Shown piece by piece: positions 1 through 17,101 of a stretch of 64,000 bases of DNA. Numbering within the stretch: position 1 is the first letter of the stretch; every line of letters begins with the position of its first letter. A program made the position numbers and the translations under genes. The notes under the pieces were generated by a model. That model saw only the letters and a list, made by a program, of their open reading frames with translations, was not told the origin of the DNA and did no database searches. Source of the stretch: the human T2T-CHM13v2.0 reference genome, Homo sapiens; the NCBI RefSeq assembly GCF_009914755.1, contig NC_060947.1. The stretch is one strand, 5' to 3'.

Positions 1-151
1 TCTGCTGTCTTTTCTCCAGCTGGGATTTTATACAACACCAGCCAAACAAGTGACTCTTGTTTTCTTTCCTCACCCTAGACTTCCATGCTCATTATAAAGA
101 ACAGGAACTATAATTGAATGAAATGAGTTGATTCTGTGAAGAGATCATTAG

Positions 152-370
<219 letters not shown>

Positions 371-833
371 TAAGCACATAGCATGTTCCTCAGACTATTT
401 CAGTCACTGCCTTTTTTGTCTGTATGTGTGTTTCCTTTTCAAAAGAGTCTTAGCATTCTTCTTGATTCAGTCTTCTCAGAGAGTTGATTGTCATGTTCCT
501 CCTATACCACACTTTTAAATATTCTCTGAAGCAAATGTATACTGGTTGTGTCTTTGATTAACTGATTTTTAAAACATAATTCAGGATTGACATATTTGCA
601 ATTTACACAGAGGCAGCTCTTTGAAGTAGAATGCTGACATGTTGGCACACCCAGGATGTACAAAAGCATCTTGTCGATTTCTGTTCTGGGAAATCCTCCA
701 GAGAAAATTACCAAACTGTTACCCAATTAAACAACTCAAAAGGGCAATTATGAGGCTCTCAGGATTCTAGAGATCAGCCTGGGAGGGCAGGTATGGACCA
801 TAGCACACTGGAGAGAAGCTAGATATAAAGGTG

Positions 834-1299
834 TGTCAGGGGTTCTCAAGACCACTGCCAGGTTCAGTGATTCACTAGGAGGACTTAGGACTCTGCACGC
901 AGTTATAATCAGCAAAGAGGCACATGGGGCAAAGTCCAGGAGAGATCAGGCTCAAGCTTTGCAAGGGTCCTTTCCCAGTGGAGTCACATAGGATGCATTT
1001 AATTCCTCTGGCGATGAGTTCTGACAACATCTGTGAAATGTTGTCTGCCAAGGAAGCGTGTTAGAAACTCAGCTGGTCACATACCAAATTTCCAGTCTCT
1101 CAGGAGAAAAAGAACCCGTTCAGCATAAGCCATATTGTTTGTACAAACAATTTAGGAACAACGAGCCACTTTTATCAGTTCTGGGAATGGTGGGAATCCT
1201 GAAATCCAAGTTGCCAGATGCCACCCAAGGGCCAAATTTGTAAGCAGGCATTTAGAAGAATGGTAGTCTCAGGCCCACTATGTTAACTCTTTTCTGCAC
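834..1299. mobile_element. MER21-like ERV solo LTR
   Basis: tgtcaggggttctcaagaccac...ggttcagtgattcactag...tatgttaactcttttctgcaca, TG...CA ends. Confidence 0.65.
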
Positions 1300-1819
1300 A
1301 ATAGATGACCTAAGTCCAATAAATAACTCAGTGAACCTGGTTCCAAATCCCCTAAGATAGACAAATGAGTGGATTTTGACTACAGATTGGTCCACCTGCC
1401 TCCTCAGCTACATTTCAGAGGGCTACAGGACCAATGTAATTATTTTGACTGGCATGGAAAGGGGTCTTCTAAAACTCAACAGATATTCTGTAGAACTTTG
1501 GTAGCATCTTATACATTTCAGCTTTGTACACATCTTGTACATTTCTGAGTCTGCTGTGATACCCTGCTTCAAGAGGCTCCTGAGATAGCTCAAGCTAAAG
1601 TGTTGGGTAGAATTGCTATCACTACTTCAGGTTGTTATTTTTTATTTTGCCTTTTTCACTGTTTTCTTTTACTCACCCATTACCATTGACCCCACTCTCT
1701 GACATCAGAAGGCAAGACTAGTAATAGAGAAGCATCTAATCCCAGAAAAATTTGTGAGACCATTAATATTAATAGTGTATTACATGTATTGAGTAGTACA
1801 ATATGGTAGCTCCTTGGAT

Positions 1820-2010
1820 GTGTCAACTAATTTAATCCTCACAAGGCCATCAGTTAGACAGTGTTATTTTCCCAGTTTTACAGATGAAGAAACTGAGGCA
1901 CAGAGTGGTTATTTAGTAAATTCTTGAGGTCACCAAATCTCTGAGGCATGGAGTGATTCAAAACCAGGTGGCTTGACTTCAGAACCCACACTCTTTTATC
2001 ATTATACTTT
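1820..2010 (+). mobile_element. MIR
   Basis: ttaatcctcacaa...ttttacagatgaagaaactgaggcacagag core. Confidence 0.8.
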
Positions 2011-2171
2011 ACCACTTCTCTCTTACGGAAGGCCCAGTGTTCTATTTTAAGGTATCCTGTTATATAGACAAAATTCTCTTTGGTATTTCCGCTCATGCTC
2101 ACTGGCCCTTTGCCCCTTTTATTCACAGCGAAGTCTTTGAACATTTCTTGCAAATAGATGTTTCACAATAA

Positions 2172-2354
<183 letters not shown>

Positions 2355-3897
2355 TAGAAGTAACTACAGAGAATATTTTATTTGTGTGTCAAGGCTTGTA
2401 TATGTTTTAGAAAATTAGAATTTGAATAAATTAACATAATAACCTTGACTTTTCTAACATCTTTTGAGAAAAAGAAAACACTCTTACTCTATTTAAGTCT
2501 ACGCTGCTACTGAATTTGAACCTTGAGTAGAGAGGATCCAGCCAAACTGCATCGGTGCTGATGCTTCTTGCTAAAAAATCGGTTTTACCTTTGGGCAAAC
2601 AGTGCTTTTTCTGACTTCCGTAAAAGAAGCTTGTCACAGTTTTGACACTACTTAATGAGTCACTTTGCACGCATTCATTGTTCTGCTAACATAGCATAGG
2701 TCTATACTGTTTGTTGTTAGGATTTCAGAATTTGACCAAATGTAGGTATGTGGTTAATGAATAGTGGAAATGCAGAGCCAGATTTGAGAAATCTCAGCAA
2801 AAGTAGCCTAGATAAAATATGGCCCAATCCAGGTCAATGATCCAGAAAATAGAAATCTCTTTCCAATGCGCTTTCACATAATTAACCCCTTCTCTTGCTA
2901 TGGAACAATCTGGCCTGGTAAGAAACACCCAGGGAGGATGGAAAGCAGAAGTTATTGCCAATTCTATGGAAATTTATGGGCTTGTGCCCCAGAGTGATGG
3001 TGTCAGAGTCCACTTTAGGAGGAAATTGGTAAAGGCAGAAAGCCACAAGCCTGCATGTGTCAGTGGGAGCGTGTGTGGAAGCAGGAACTAATATTAAGAC
3101 AGAACAAACTGAAAAATGAATAAATACAGGTAGAGAGTAAATTCAATGGCCATAACAGGATAGGAAAGATGAGCCCAAACACAGTGAGAGGGTAAATTTA
3201 GGAAGCAGGGAGCCAAGGTTAATTATGACAGTAACAGCAAAGACAAGAATAGGCACTAATCCAAGATCAGGAATCAGTCAGTGTGAAGTGTGTCCCAGAT
3301 GGTGGTTGCATAGAACAAGCAGAAGGCTGGAGGGTGTGTGAGCATGTGGCCCTGGATGATGTTGTTACAAAAAACAAAAAAAATGCTAGCCCAGCAATAT
3401 CTTCTTTCTGTTTAATATACATGTACACCTTTTCACCTCTGCACTTAGGCTGGACTTTATAAAATTTGGTGTTTGCGAGTTTCTCATTGTCAATCCTTTT
3501 CTGGATTTGGGGATTCTCATTATGAATAAAATAAGAGAGAAGGTGGAGAATGTATATATTAAACCTTGAGCTTACAAAGTAGGTATGAAAAAATAATTAA
3601 GGAAAATGAAAAACCAATAAAACTGGAAAGAGGATAAGCTTCATCACCTAACACTTTTTATGCAGTATATGGAGTTTATCTCTACCTCAGATAATTTGTT
3701 TATATATCTTTCAATGCAAAGTCTGGCACAAAATGAGTTTATGGCATAGAACTTCAATTGTAGCAGAAACAAAGAAAAACAAAGAGTTTTCTTTGTGTTT
3801 GTTTTGTTCATATTACTGATGCATATGATCTGAAAGATGTTGGAAGTAAATTTCGACCTCTCCTGGAATTGGATAGAGCCCTCCTTGTGGAGTGTAA

Positions 3898-4218
<321 letters not shown>

Positions 4219-5749
4219 TAATATTATAAAAATGTTGTAAATCCACCGTTTTGGAAATTCTTTGTCAATATAGATCATCTGTATAATGAAAGCTACATAA
4301 TCATTTTTTTGTTAAAAATTTTTATTATTTGACAGTCTCATTGGATAACTGAAAGCAACACATTATATGATCTTATTAGAGAGTCTTCATTTTCACATAG
4401 GCGAAACCAAATTCATACAGCATGAACAATCCCCAAACATTACCTTTATTTCTCATTCTCCACAATTTATACCACAAACAGGAGTGATCTTGCCTTTGCT
4501 TATATGAGGGAATAACCAGTAGCTAAAGTATCTGATTTTCTTACTTTCCTACTTTTGGGATTCATGACCCAGGCCTTGAGTTACATTCAGAAAAAAAATC
4601 TTAGAGCTGATAATTAAATGCCAATACTGTATAGCATGTTCTAATCTAGACCAACAGTACCTTGGATTCACTTTAAGTGACTGGAGTCTCTATGCATTTA
4701 CAGTACTTTTTAAGCCAAAATGGAGGTGAGTAAAGGTCACATTTATGCAGCCAAAGATTATTGTTTATATACAGAAAGGCAAAAGCACATTATGATGAAG
4801 ACAGTGGACTCAAATCAAACTTACTTGGTTCTATCCTGGCTTCATGACTGCCCATGTGACCTTGGGCAAATTATTTAACTTTTTATTCCTTAGTGTCCTC
4901 AGTTATAATATAATCGTGGGATGTAGCTTATAGGTCTGCGGTGAAGCTTGAATAAACATTCTACGCATGGCCGTCAGCATTTTATTGGGAACATTGTAAG
5001 CTCTCAATAAGTGCTAGATAGTATACGTGTTACTTGGGAGTCCTTGTACTGCAACAGACAGAAACTCCAGCTAATACTGCTCAAAAAATAGAGGGAGATT
5101 ATTGGCCAGCAGTGATTAGGCATAGCTTGATCCAGATGTTCAAATCTTATCAAAGTCTTGGAATTTCTTGGTCTCTCTTCTTATCTTCATTGGCTTCATT
5201 TTCAGGTTCCATGCAGTGTTGCCCTCCCTGACTAGCTCCAAGCATGCCTCTCTAATGACTACAGTGGCTGCAAGCCTTTCATCTTTGCACCACACTGTTC
5301 AGAAGAGGAGAGTTCCTCCTCCTCCAACAGCCAAATCAGTGCATTGGGCCTGGTTCTCCTAATTATAATTCTGTCATTTGCCTATTCTAAGCTATTGACT
5401 GTGGCCAGGGAGGTGAGATGCATTAGCTGGCTTAAGACAATCAGAATATACCCTGGTTCTGAAGAAGGGAACAATAGCATCCTTCCAGTAAATTTCCTGG
5501 AAATAGTTGAAGGACTTTGCTGGAATGATATCTAAGCTCCCCTAGACCTCTCCTAGGCATCCTTTGTGCTTAGAAATCAACATTTTCCACAGTAATCACT
5601 TCCACATTGTCAATGAGTGGTTCACAGTCTATCATAAGAGGGAAGCATCTCTAAGTCTTTCTGAGTCTACTGAAGGTAGAAAAGTTCTGATTGCATTCAC
5701 TGTGGAATACCATGGGTCCTCTGCCAGATACCCTTAGGTTCCTAACCAT

Positions 5750-6145
5750 GTCTTTTAGGAGATTTGCCACAACAGCCTCCACCTGAGACTCTCTTTAGAA
5801 GACTTCCCTCGGGCTACTGTAGCTTTTTGCCTATGTAAGCAGAGAGCCAGAAGTCCTGGGAATTTTTATACCCGCTGCCACAAGACAACCCTTCATCAAT
5901 AACTGATAGGTGGGGGAGTATGAAGGCCCACTTCCTTACTGAAGGTGGGAAAAACTCCAAAGTGTTACATATACTACCACATCAGGTGGAAGCTATCTTC
6001 CATGGAATTATGCCCAAGATTAGACTTGTCCCTATAGACTTGCTTCCCATACCTCTTTACTGGTCTCTCTGAGAGAACTTCCTTAATAAATCACTTCATA
6101 AGAATCTTCACCTTAGAGTCTATTTCTGAAGAACCCAACAGAAGT
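5750..6145. mobile_element. Old ERVL LTR, LTR16-like; related copies at ~7330-7720 and ~18150-18655
   Basis: ttccttaataaatcactt...ttctgaagaacccaac 3' end; subfamily uncertain. Confidence 0.5.
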
Positions 6146-8134
6146 TAGTGTCTCTAATCTCTGCCATCTTCCTCTGCCCAGCTTCCTCTGTTCTATATAG
6201 AAGAAAAGCTGAAGACACAAACGTGCTTAGATATCATGTCTTCCATAAATGGGGAGGACAGGCATAAAGGCATGCTCTATCATGCTCTATATGCTGCCTT
6301 GTGCTTCATTAGTGGCTCATCCCCAGGCTGAGCTGGGCTCTGTGTGGTTGATTATCAGCCAGCTATGTGAAGTGGCACTTCAGTTTCAGTTTCCTGCCTC
6401 GGTCATTTCCATGCAATTGTCACTCCAGCAGCTGCAGATGTAGTATGAGCAGCCTTGGAGACTTGACGTTTCTCATAGATTATGCAGTCGAGAAGGTGAA
6501 ACATGAGTTACACATACTGATTTCCCTAGTAATAGGGGATCAGAATTAATAATCCTTAATAATTTAGAAATACTGACATACTTCTGCACTAGGAGTTCCA
6601 GAACGGCATGGTGCCTTATTGCTTATTGACTCTATTAGTGAAGGTTCCTCAATATTTATCTTTGTATGGGTTAGATCCTACAGTGCTAAGCCAGTGAGGA
6701 GGCTGGTGCAGAGAAAGAACTCAAGATGCCAAACATACTGTAGTTTCACAGTATAACTTCCATTTTACTTCATGGCATGGGATTATTTATTAGCTGTAAA
6801 GCCTTCTGAAAGGCATGTCAGGTAGTTAGACAAGGTTTTATCAGTATGAATTGCCTTTCATGCCTTCCCAGAGTGTACTATTATAAAAACAAGGACATCT
6901 GAAAATCAACAGCAAGCTTACGTGGTTTTCCAAGGAAACGTTCTCTTATTCTGCCTTCAGGTAGAGAGTAAATGTATGTTCCTTTGGAATTATACCTAGA
7001 TTAAAGGCTCTCTCTTTTTTTGGCAGACTTTTGTCTGTAATTCCTTACTCTGTGTTACACCTGTAAATGCACTGGGAGTCTCTTTCTCACTCCGATGGAA
7101 AGTGGACCTCTCTTTTTTTCAGAAAGCAGGAGGTGGTGGGTGTCATCTGCTTATTTCACATCCATGCTCAGATAGTCTCAGTGGTTCCCTACTACTTTTG
7201 GATATGGTTTGAATAAATACTAACCCTCACCCTGGCACTCAGTGTTCTGTTGAATGGCCCAGCCTACTGTAGCAGCCAAAGATGTTAGTTCTCTACCCAT
7301 CCCCGTTTTCTTGCAAACAGGGCTCCCCACTTCTTTCACTCCCACCAGCCAACCCCTGCCAATCATTGTAGGAGGGGAGCCTTCGGGCTGCTAGAGAGGG
7401 CTTGGTTTGCAGGCCAGAAAAGCCAACATAGCCTGGGTATTTAAGTCTCCTGGGGGTGAGCAGAGCCTTGATCAATGACTGGTGGATTAAGGAACGTCAA
7501 TACTCCCACGTTCTTGCCTCTGATTGGAACAGCTCTGAAGTGTGATCTGTCACATCTCCAGAGTACCCCTATGGGACTTAACAACAGTTACTCTCCATGG
7601 AACTTTGCCTGAAATCACATCCTTAAGCCTCCTTCACTTTTGGTCCCCCTTCCCCAGTACCCTTCCTAATAAAATACTATAACTTAAATAAGTGCCTTAG
7701 CATCTTCTGGGAAACCCTGAGTTGACACCTTATTTTCATCCTCCTTGCTACTACCTCCCTGTACACACTCCCCTGATCACATTTGACTTCCTGTCAGTCC
7801 CTAAACATATTCTACACAACCCCCATCATATTTTACTCATACTGCTTTCTCAACCTGGACTAACCTTCCCAATCCATCTTCATCTGTCATCATGTCTCCC
7901 ATCCTTTAAGGACCAGGTAAGAGCCACCTCTTTATCCCAATCTGGATTAATCTTTCTCTTCCCATAGTAGTTTCTTTTTACTTGTGTTGGAATAACTGTC
8001 ACCATTTATCTTACATTGAACTTTCTGTATAGTAGAAACCCTCTTGCCCCAGAAATTACAACCAGTAGTAGGTCAGTTAATAGACAAAGTCACAGAAATC
8101 ACCCACATACAAACACACACAATATATTTCTTTT

Positions 8135-9935
<1,801 letters not shown>

Positions 9936-11099
9936 CCCAATGCATTTCTTAAACATTTATTTTTAACTTAAACCAAATAAATGTACGTTCATTTGCAAGT
10001 CTTCTGATATAGAGGCAATTAATTTTGTTTGAATTTCGTTCAGTAAGTAAAATTCTGCCATATATTCCTTGCATAAATTCTCCTCCTAATGCATCATCAT
10101 CAGAAGATTCTAATTTGAGCTTTTCTCAAATGAAACAAGAACATAAGAATACTTTCAAAGTAAACAAAATGCAAATTCTTCTAAAAAATGTATGATTTTT
10201 TCTAACCTTTGATAGATTCAAGCCCACATATAATCCAATAGCAACTTTGTTTTCAAATCTTTAGTTCTTCTATTCAACTGAATTGTTATAGTAGCAGCTG
10301 TCTTTTTGCACTCATCAATTTATGTGACTTTAAACTATATAATTAAAATCACAAATATGCCTGGCCTAAAGAGCTTAGGGGACTAACTAATGCAGCTGAC
10401 TCTCAGTGTGCATACAATTGAACTGATGGGAGCAGATGCATGTTCTTTGCAGAAAGGATTCTGCTATTCACGAGGGATGAAGAACACTAATTAAACTGAT
10501 GAGTCAGCAGTTAACTAAGTGTGAATTAATAGATCCTGCTACTGCAAATATGTCTACTAGATAGACTGAAAACTCATTGAAAGCAGGGTCTGTCTTTTGT
10601 GTCCCCACAGCACTTAGCAAAATGCCTTATAAAAATGTAAGCATTCCATATGTGTTGGTAGAGTTGAATTGAATATGATTGGATTCTGCTAACTTTTTCT
10701 GAGTAATAGTGGGTTGGATAATGACAATGGTGGTATGCCAGGAGAGGGTGTTGCCTAGGAATTTCCTGGCAAAATATAAGTATCAAAAATACCCTAAGAC
10801 ATTAGACATGTGCAGGCTGCAATATGACTCCCCTGCTTTAATTTTTTATATGTGATTATAATGCTACAAGCTTCATCATTATTGTGTTTTCCTTTCATAA
10901 GACTTGAAGTCTATATTTATACGGGGTCTACAGTATATTTTAAGCTAAAAACCAATGGAACATTGGTAAGTCCCAATAATGCATGTTTTTGATCTCTGGT
11001 AGCACACTATATATTAGTATGTGATTCCTACACATATAACTTTTTCCTACTGGCGTATTTTCATACCCGAAGATCTCACTCAAAAAGCAAACACAGCCT

Positions 11100-11641
11100 G
11101 CTCTGGTTAACTATTGCTGTATGCCAAACTACCTTAAACCTTCGGGGCTTACAGCAAGAATTTATTCTCTCTCATGATTCTGTGGGTCGACTAGACTCAT
11201 CTAGGTAGTTCTCACTTAGGGTTTCTGGCGCCACTGCAGCCAGATGGTTGACTGAGGCTGATGTCATCTGAAAGCTCAACTGCATTGATTGTTCGAGTTG
11301 GCTCACTTCCATGTCTTACACATGATGTTGACTGCTGGCTAGAAACTCAGCTAGGCCTGCCAGCTGGAGCACCTACATGCGGCTTCTCTCTGTGGCTTTA
11401 GCCTCTCTTAGTACGAGTTCCCAGAGGAAGCATTCGGAAATATCCATTCCAAGAAAGAAAAGTAGAAGCTGTCAATCTTAAGACCTGGACCCCAAAACTG
11501 GCACATTGTCACTTCTGCCATATTCTATAATACTAGTCAAAGCAATCACAGAGCCCACACAGACCCAAAGAGAGGTCACAAATACCCCATCTCTCATTGA
11601 TGACGGTACCAAAAAAGTGGTAACCATCTTTAATCTGTCAT
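11100..11641. mobile_element. MLT1 (MaLR) LTR
   Basis: actattgctgta...atgattctgtgggtcgac...cacttctgccatattcta... Confidence 0.7.
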
Positions 11642-12212
11642 AACATCCATTATAATTTTCTACTTATGATAGTCACCTAAACTAAAATTTACTGAGATTG
11701 TCAAAACAAAAAGAAGAGTCCAGTTACAAGGAACCTGATCTAAAATAATCAGATTAAATATTAGATGGATAGTCTATTTTACCATATAATCTCATTTTTG
11801 CCCCGGGTAAGAAGGTTGAATAAAATATTTCAAGCATTTTTCCCACCCTTACTAGTAAGTTTTACTACCACCAGCAGGAAAGAAAAGGGAAAGTCAGGCA
11901 AGGATTCCTTTTCTTTGTAACAGTCTCAGTATTTTTAATTTTTTTTTACTGTTTATTTGCTTATTTATGCCAAGTCTTGAACAGTCTCTGGCTTGGCTAT
12001 GAATGAGCTAGGTTTCGGGACTCTCATTCTGCCCTCTCTGAGAGAGCAGTTCTCTGCTTTTGACTCAGAAGTCAGATCCCTAAAGGAAAAGCCTGACAAA
12101 GTATACTGCCTTTCCTGCTCTACCTGTGAAAGAACTCAAAGTTCAGTTGACTCAATGGCAAGTGGGAGACCTATAGAATAGAGGTTCTGGGTGCACGTGC
12201 ACATTGACTTTC

Positions 12213-13430
12213 TTTAATTTAAACTTTATATTTTGAGATGATTATAAATCTACATGCAGTTACAAGAAATAATATGAAGAGATCCTATGTACCCAATACT
12301 TGATTTTCCCCAATGGTAACCTATAGCAAAGATGTACTATAATATCAAACCAGGTTTTGCTTATTTTTTTAGAGGCAGGGCCTCACTCTGTCATCCAGGC
12401 TGGAGTACTGTGGCACAATCATAGCTCATTATAATCTCAAATTTCTGGGCTCAAGCTATCCTCCCACCTCAGCCTCCCAAGTAGCTGGGACTACAGGTGC
12501 ATGCCACCATGCCCAGCTAATATATATATATATATATGTACGCATATACATATATATATATATATATATGTACGCATATACATATATATGTTGAGAGATA
12601 GGGTCTCACTGTGTTGCCCAGGCTGGTCTCAAACTCCTGGGCTCAAGCAATCCTCCCACCTAGGCCTCCCAAAATGCTGGGATTACAGGCATGAGCCACT
12701 ACACCCAGCCACAACCAAGATATTGCCATTGATATGATTCACCAATTTTATTCAGAATTCCCAGTTTGGTACTCATTTGTGTGTGTGTGTGTGCACATGT
12801 GTGTGTATATTTCATCCTATGCAATTTTATCACCTTTATAGGTTTGTGTATCTACTACCACAGTCAAGGTACAGAACAGTTCTAATACCACATGTCCCTC
12901 AGGTTGACCTTTTATAACCACATCTAACTCCCTCCCACTACTCACATCCCTAACTTCTAGCAACCACTAATCTGTTCTCCATCTCTATAATTTTGTCATT
13001 TCAAGAATGTTACATAAATGAAATCATAAAGTATATGTCATTTTAAGACTGGCTTTTTTCACTCAGTATAATTCTCTAGAGATTCAACTTGTTGCATTTA
13101 TCAATAGTCTATTCCATTTTTATTAATGGATAGTATTCCATCGTATGAATGTACCACAGTTTGTTTAACCATTCACCTGTTGAAGGAAATCCATGTGGTT
13201 TCCAGTTTTTACTATTACAAATAAAGCTGATACAAATATTCCTATACAAGTTTTGTGTGGATATAATGTTTTCATTTCTCTGGGATAAATGACCAAGAGT
13301 GCAATTTCTGGTTGGATGGTAGTTGCATGTTTAGTCTTACAAACAGTCTTACAAACTGTTTTCCAGAGTGACTCCACCATTCTACATTCCCACCAACAAT
13401 GTTTGAGTGAACCACTTTCTCCATGTTGAA
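12213..13430 (-). mobile_element. Old L1M 3' fragment with an inserted AluJ
   Basis: ttttatattttgagatgattataa...; track ORF 13165..13500 resembles ORF2 remnant. Confidence 0.8.
12360..12710 (-). mobile_element. AluJ whose middle A-rich linker has expanded into a (TA)n compound microsatellite (~12520-12590)
   Basis: ctgggctcaagc J-type motifs; repeated tatatatgtacgcatatacatatat. Confidence 0.85.
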
Positions 13431-13870
13431 TTTTGATTATATGAATTACCAACATTGCTTTTAACAGTTGATGGCTGGCAGCCCCATGTGAATCAAGCAT
13501 TATTGCCTACTTTTCCATTCTTGATCACTTGGGAAAGACTTAAAAGACATCAAAGATGACAGGGAGAAGTAATTTCTGGAGGTATTTTCAGTGGCATTTT
13601 TATTCCTGCTTCTTCATATCCCAAACTATATATGTAAACTCAGTGATAGGTCCAGTCATCAATGCATCACAGGTGCTCAATATCTATTGACTGGCCAAAT
13701 ATAAGTTATATGTCTTCTTTCAAATTTCTTTTACTTAAATGTTAAAAGTTATATGCAAATGCCTTCATAGAGTTTTCCAGCCTTTGTTTTCTCTTACCTC
13801 AGTCATCTCTTAAACCAGTGAGAGCGAACAGAGTTGAAATGAGAATGGATTGTCACATTTATGCCACTAA

Positions 13871-14092
<222 letters not shown>

Positions 14093-14501
14093 TGACATTC
14101 TGTTTCTAGAAGTGTGGTAGTGGGACTCAGGGATTGGTTGCATTATATTTCTTTCATATTACACAAACAAAACATAAAGGGTTTGGTGTCACTGTCTTTT
14201 GGGGAGAGTTGAGATGTGTATACCGTATATATAGAAGAATGCAGGACTCTTACAAGGAATCCTTGTAAGATTCATACTTAGAAACCAGCCTTGGTGGTCA
14301 GTTTTGTTTTATGTCCCAAAGATATAGGATCTTCCCCCAGGGTTGGGGGAAGGCAGGCTGCTGGAGGCAAGTATAGGAAACTGCTCCATGGATTTATGAC
14401 ATTCACAGCTATTCAGGGAGTCTTGAGGAAGAAGTTGATCTAGAACACAGGATTTAAAGGAAAAAATCAGATGGAATCAATTTATAAATCTCTCTTCCCC
14501 T

Positions 14502-14915
14502 TTGTATTAAGCTGTTTTTGCATTGCTATAAGAAATACCAAGACTAGGTAATGTATAAAGAAAAGAGGTTTAATTTGCTCATGGTTCTGCAGGCTATGTA
14601 GGAAGCATAAAACAGGCATCTGTGTCTGAGGAGGCCTCAGGAAGCTTACAATTATGGCAGAAGGTGAAGGTGGAGCAGGTGTCTCACATGACAGGAGCAG
14701 GAACAAGAGAAAGAGAGAAGGTGCCACATACTTTTAAACAACCAGCTCTCACAGGAATTCACTCACTATCATGAGGACAGCACCAAGGGGACGGTGCAAA
14801 ACCACTCATGAGAAATCCACCCCATGATCCAATCACCTCGCACCAGGCCCCACCTCCAATAGTGGGGATTACATTTCAACATGGGATTTGGGTGAGGATA
14901 ACATCCAAACTATCT
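14502..14915. mobile_element. MST (MaLR) LTR
   Basis: tgtattaagctgtttttgcattgctataagaaatacc...catggttctgcaggct...ccaaactatc. Confidence 0.85.
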
Positions 14916-15585
14916 TGCCCTTCTTTTACCATCAATTCTTGCAGGCAGCCTCCTCTGTCCTCCCATTCACTATTACTCTTTTCAGTGTGACCCTGTGCAA
15001 GTAACTCACTATCACCTGACCTCAATTTCCTCACTTCAAAGGGCTGTTGTGAAGAATAAACAGGTTCATATATGTAAGGTGCTTAAAACAATACTAAATA
15101 AAGGTGCTGGTTGTGATACTGGTTTATATCATTCATGTTGAATGTATTTCATAAGAAAAGAAAAGTGAGGTGGAAAAGAGATTTCTCTCACCCTAAAACG
15201 TAACTGTGTTTGGGCTGTAGCCTCTAGAGCTGGCTCTGACTAAAACTGACTATTTGTAAGACTAAAATATCAAAGGGAGTTATTGAATTTTCTCTTTTTG
15301 AGTTTTGGTGCATGTATATTGTCTTCATCATAGTTATTTCTCACTAAGAGCAGGAATGGTGCTCCGGGAAACTCTTAGGCATTCCATGCCTTTATACCCT
15401 GTGAAAAGATATGCTTTGTAAGGGAGTGTTTAAAGTTTTAAATTTATTTCTTCATTTGTTTCAACAAATACAAATGAAAGACCTATCTGGAAGGAATCCA
15501 ATGGGGGCAAAAATGTTTAAATGAATAAAAATATACAATAATGTAAAGGCCCAAATTAGTCAGCAAATGAAATATATGTTTGTAG

Positions 15586-15813
<228 letters not shown>

Positions 15814-16719
15814 TAACTTTGTTTTAGCTCTTTTTGGATGATACTTAATAGGAGATGAAAGGATCTGTGATCCACAAGCCACTGGTGGCTGTGAGCCTTC
15901 CGTGTTCTGTTTACTAGAAGTGTATGGGTGAGAACTACCCTTACATGCTGGCTCTTACATCTAAAATAACACAAGTGTTGAGGGAACTGCTGATTCTAGC
16001 TGTCACTCTGTTTCCAACATATTTCAGGAATTCCCATCACTCTTACTCTCAAGACAGTCAACTTTTTTCTGTAAGATTCATTTATCGAAAGTGGACAAAA
16101 GTATGATTTCCTATGTATAATGTATTTATATTGTTCTTTATTATCATTTTGTCCTGGCAATATGCAACAATCACCAAAATATCAGATCCTTGATATTTTT
16201 CTCTCTTGGGGGAAATTGTAAAAAGTAGAGATGTCAGAGCATCCTTGCTGGACTTATTCACTGTCGAGTGCTTTGGAGAGGCTCCAAGACCACCTGCTAG
16301 GCATTTGTGCCCAAGTTGTGGAGCAAAGGGCAGCTTCCTGAGGGAATGCAGCCTTAAAATGGATACTTTTGCCTAACTCTAGGCAACTCAAACATCAAAT
16401 CCCTTTTGATTCCTGACTACTGGATATTTTTCTCTTGGAAATTGAGAAACTAAGACTGCAAGGTTATTTTTCAGTCATTCAAACAAACACAAAATGCACA
16501 TGTGCCAAGCACCAGGTGCTATGCTTTCAAAAATAAATAACATATTATCCCTGCCCTCATGGAACTCCGTAAAGCACATAAGGTAAAACAAATTCCCATG
16601 ATGCCAGACCATGAGGTTCATTCTTTGAGTCGGATGGCAATATTGTTCCTCTTCACATGCTGTATTGGAAAAGAGTATTTTTTCCTACAAGGAAATGGGT
16701 TGAGCTCACTCTCACATGT

Positions 16720-17101
<382 letters not shown>

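Noticed and set aside
6330-6443. LQFQFPAS peptide as a possible short histone H2A pseudogene, since such genes lie in Xp11.4
   Set aside because: No further histone-fold similarity visible around the motif
10500-10506. AP-1 heptamers TGAGTCA (also near 2656 and 19953)
   Set aside because: Several 7-mers are expected by chance in 64 kb; no clustering
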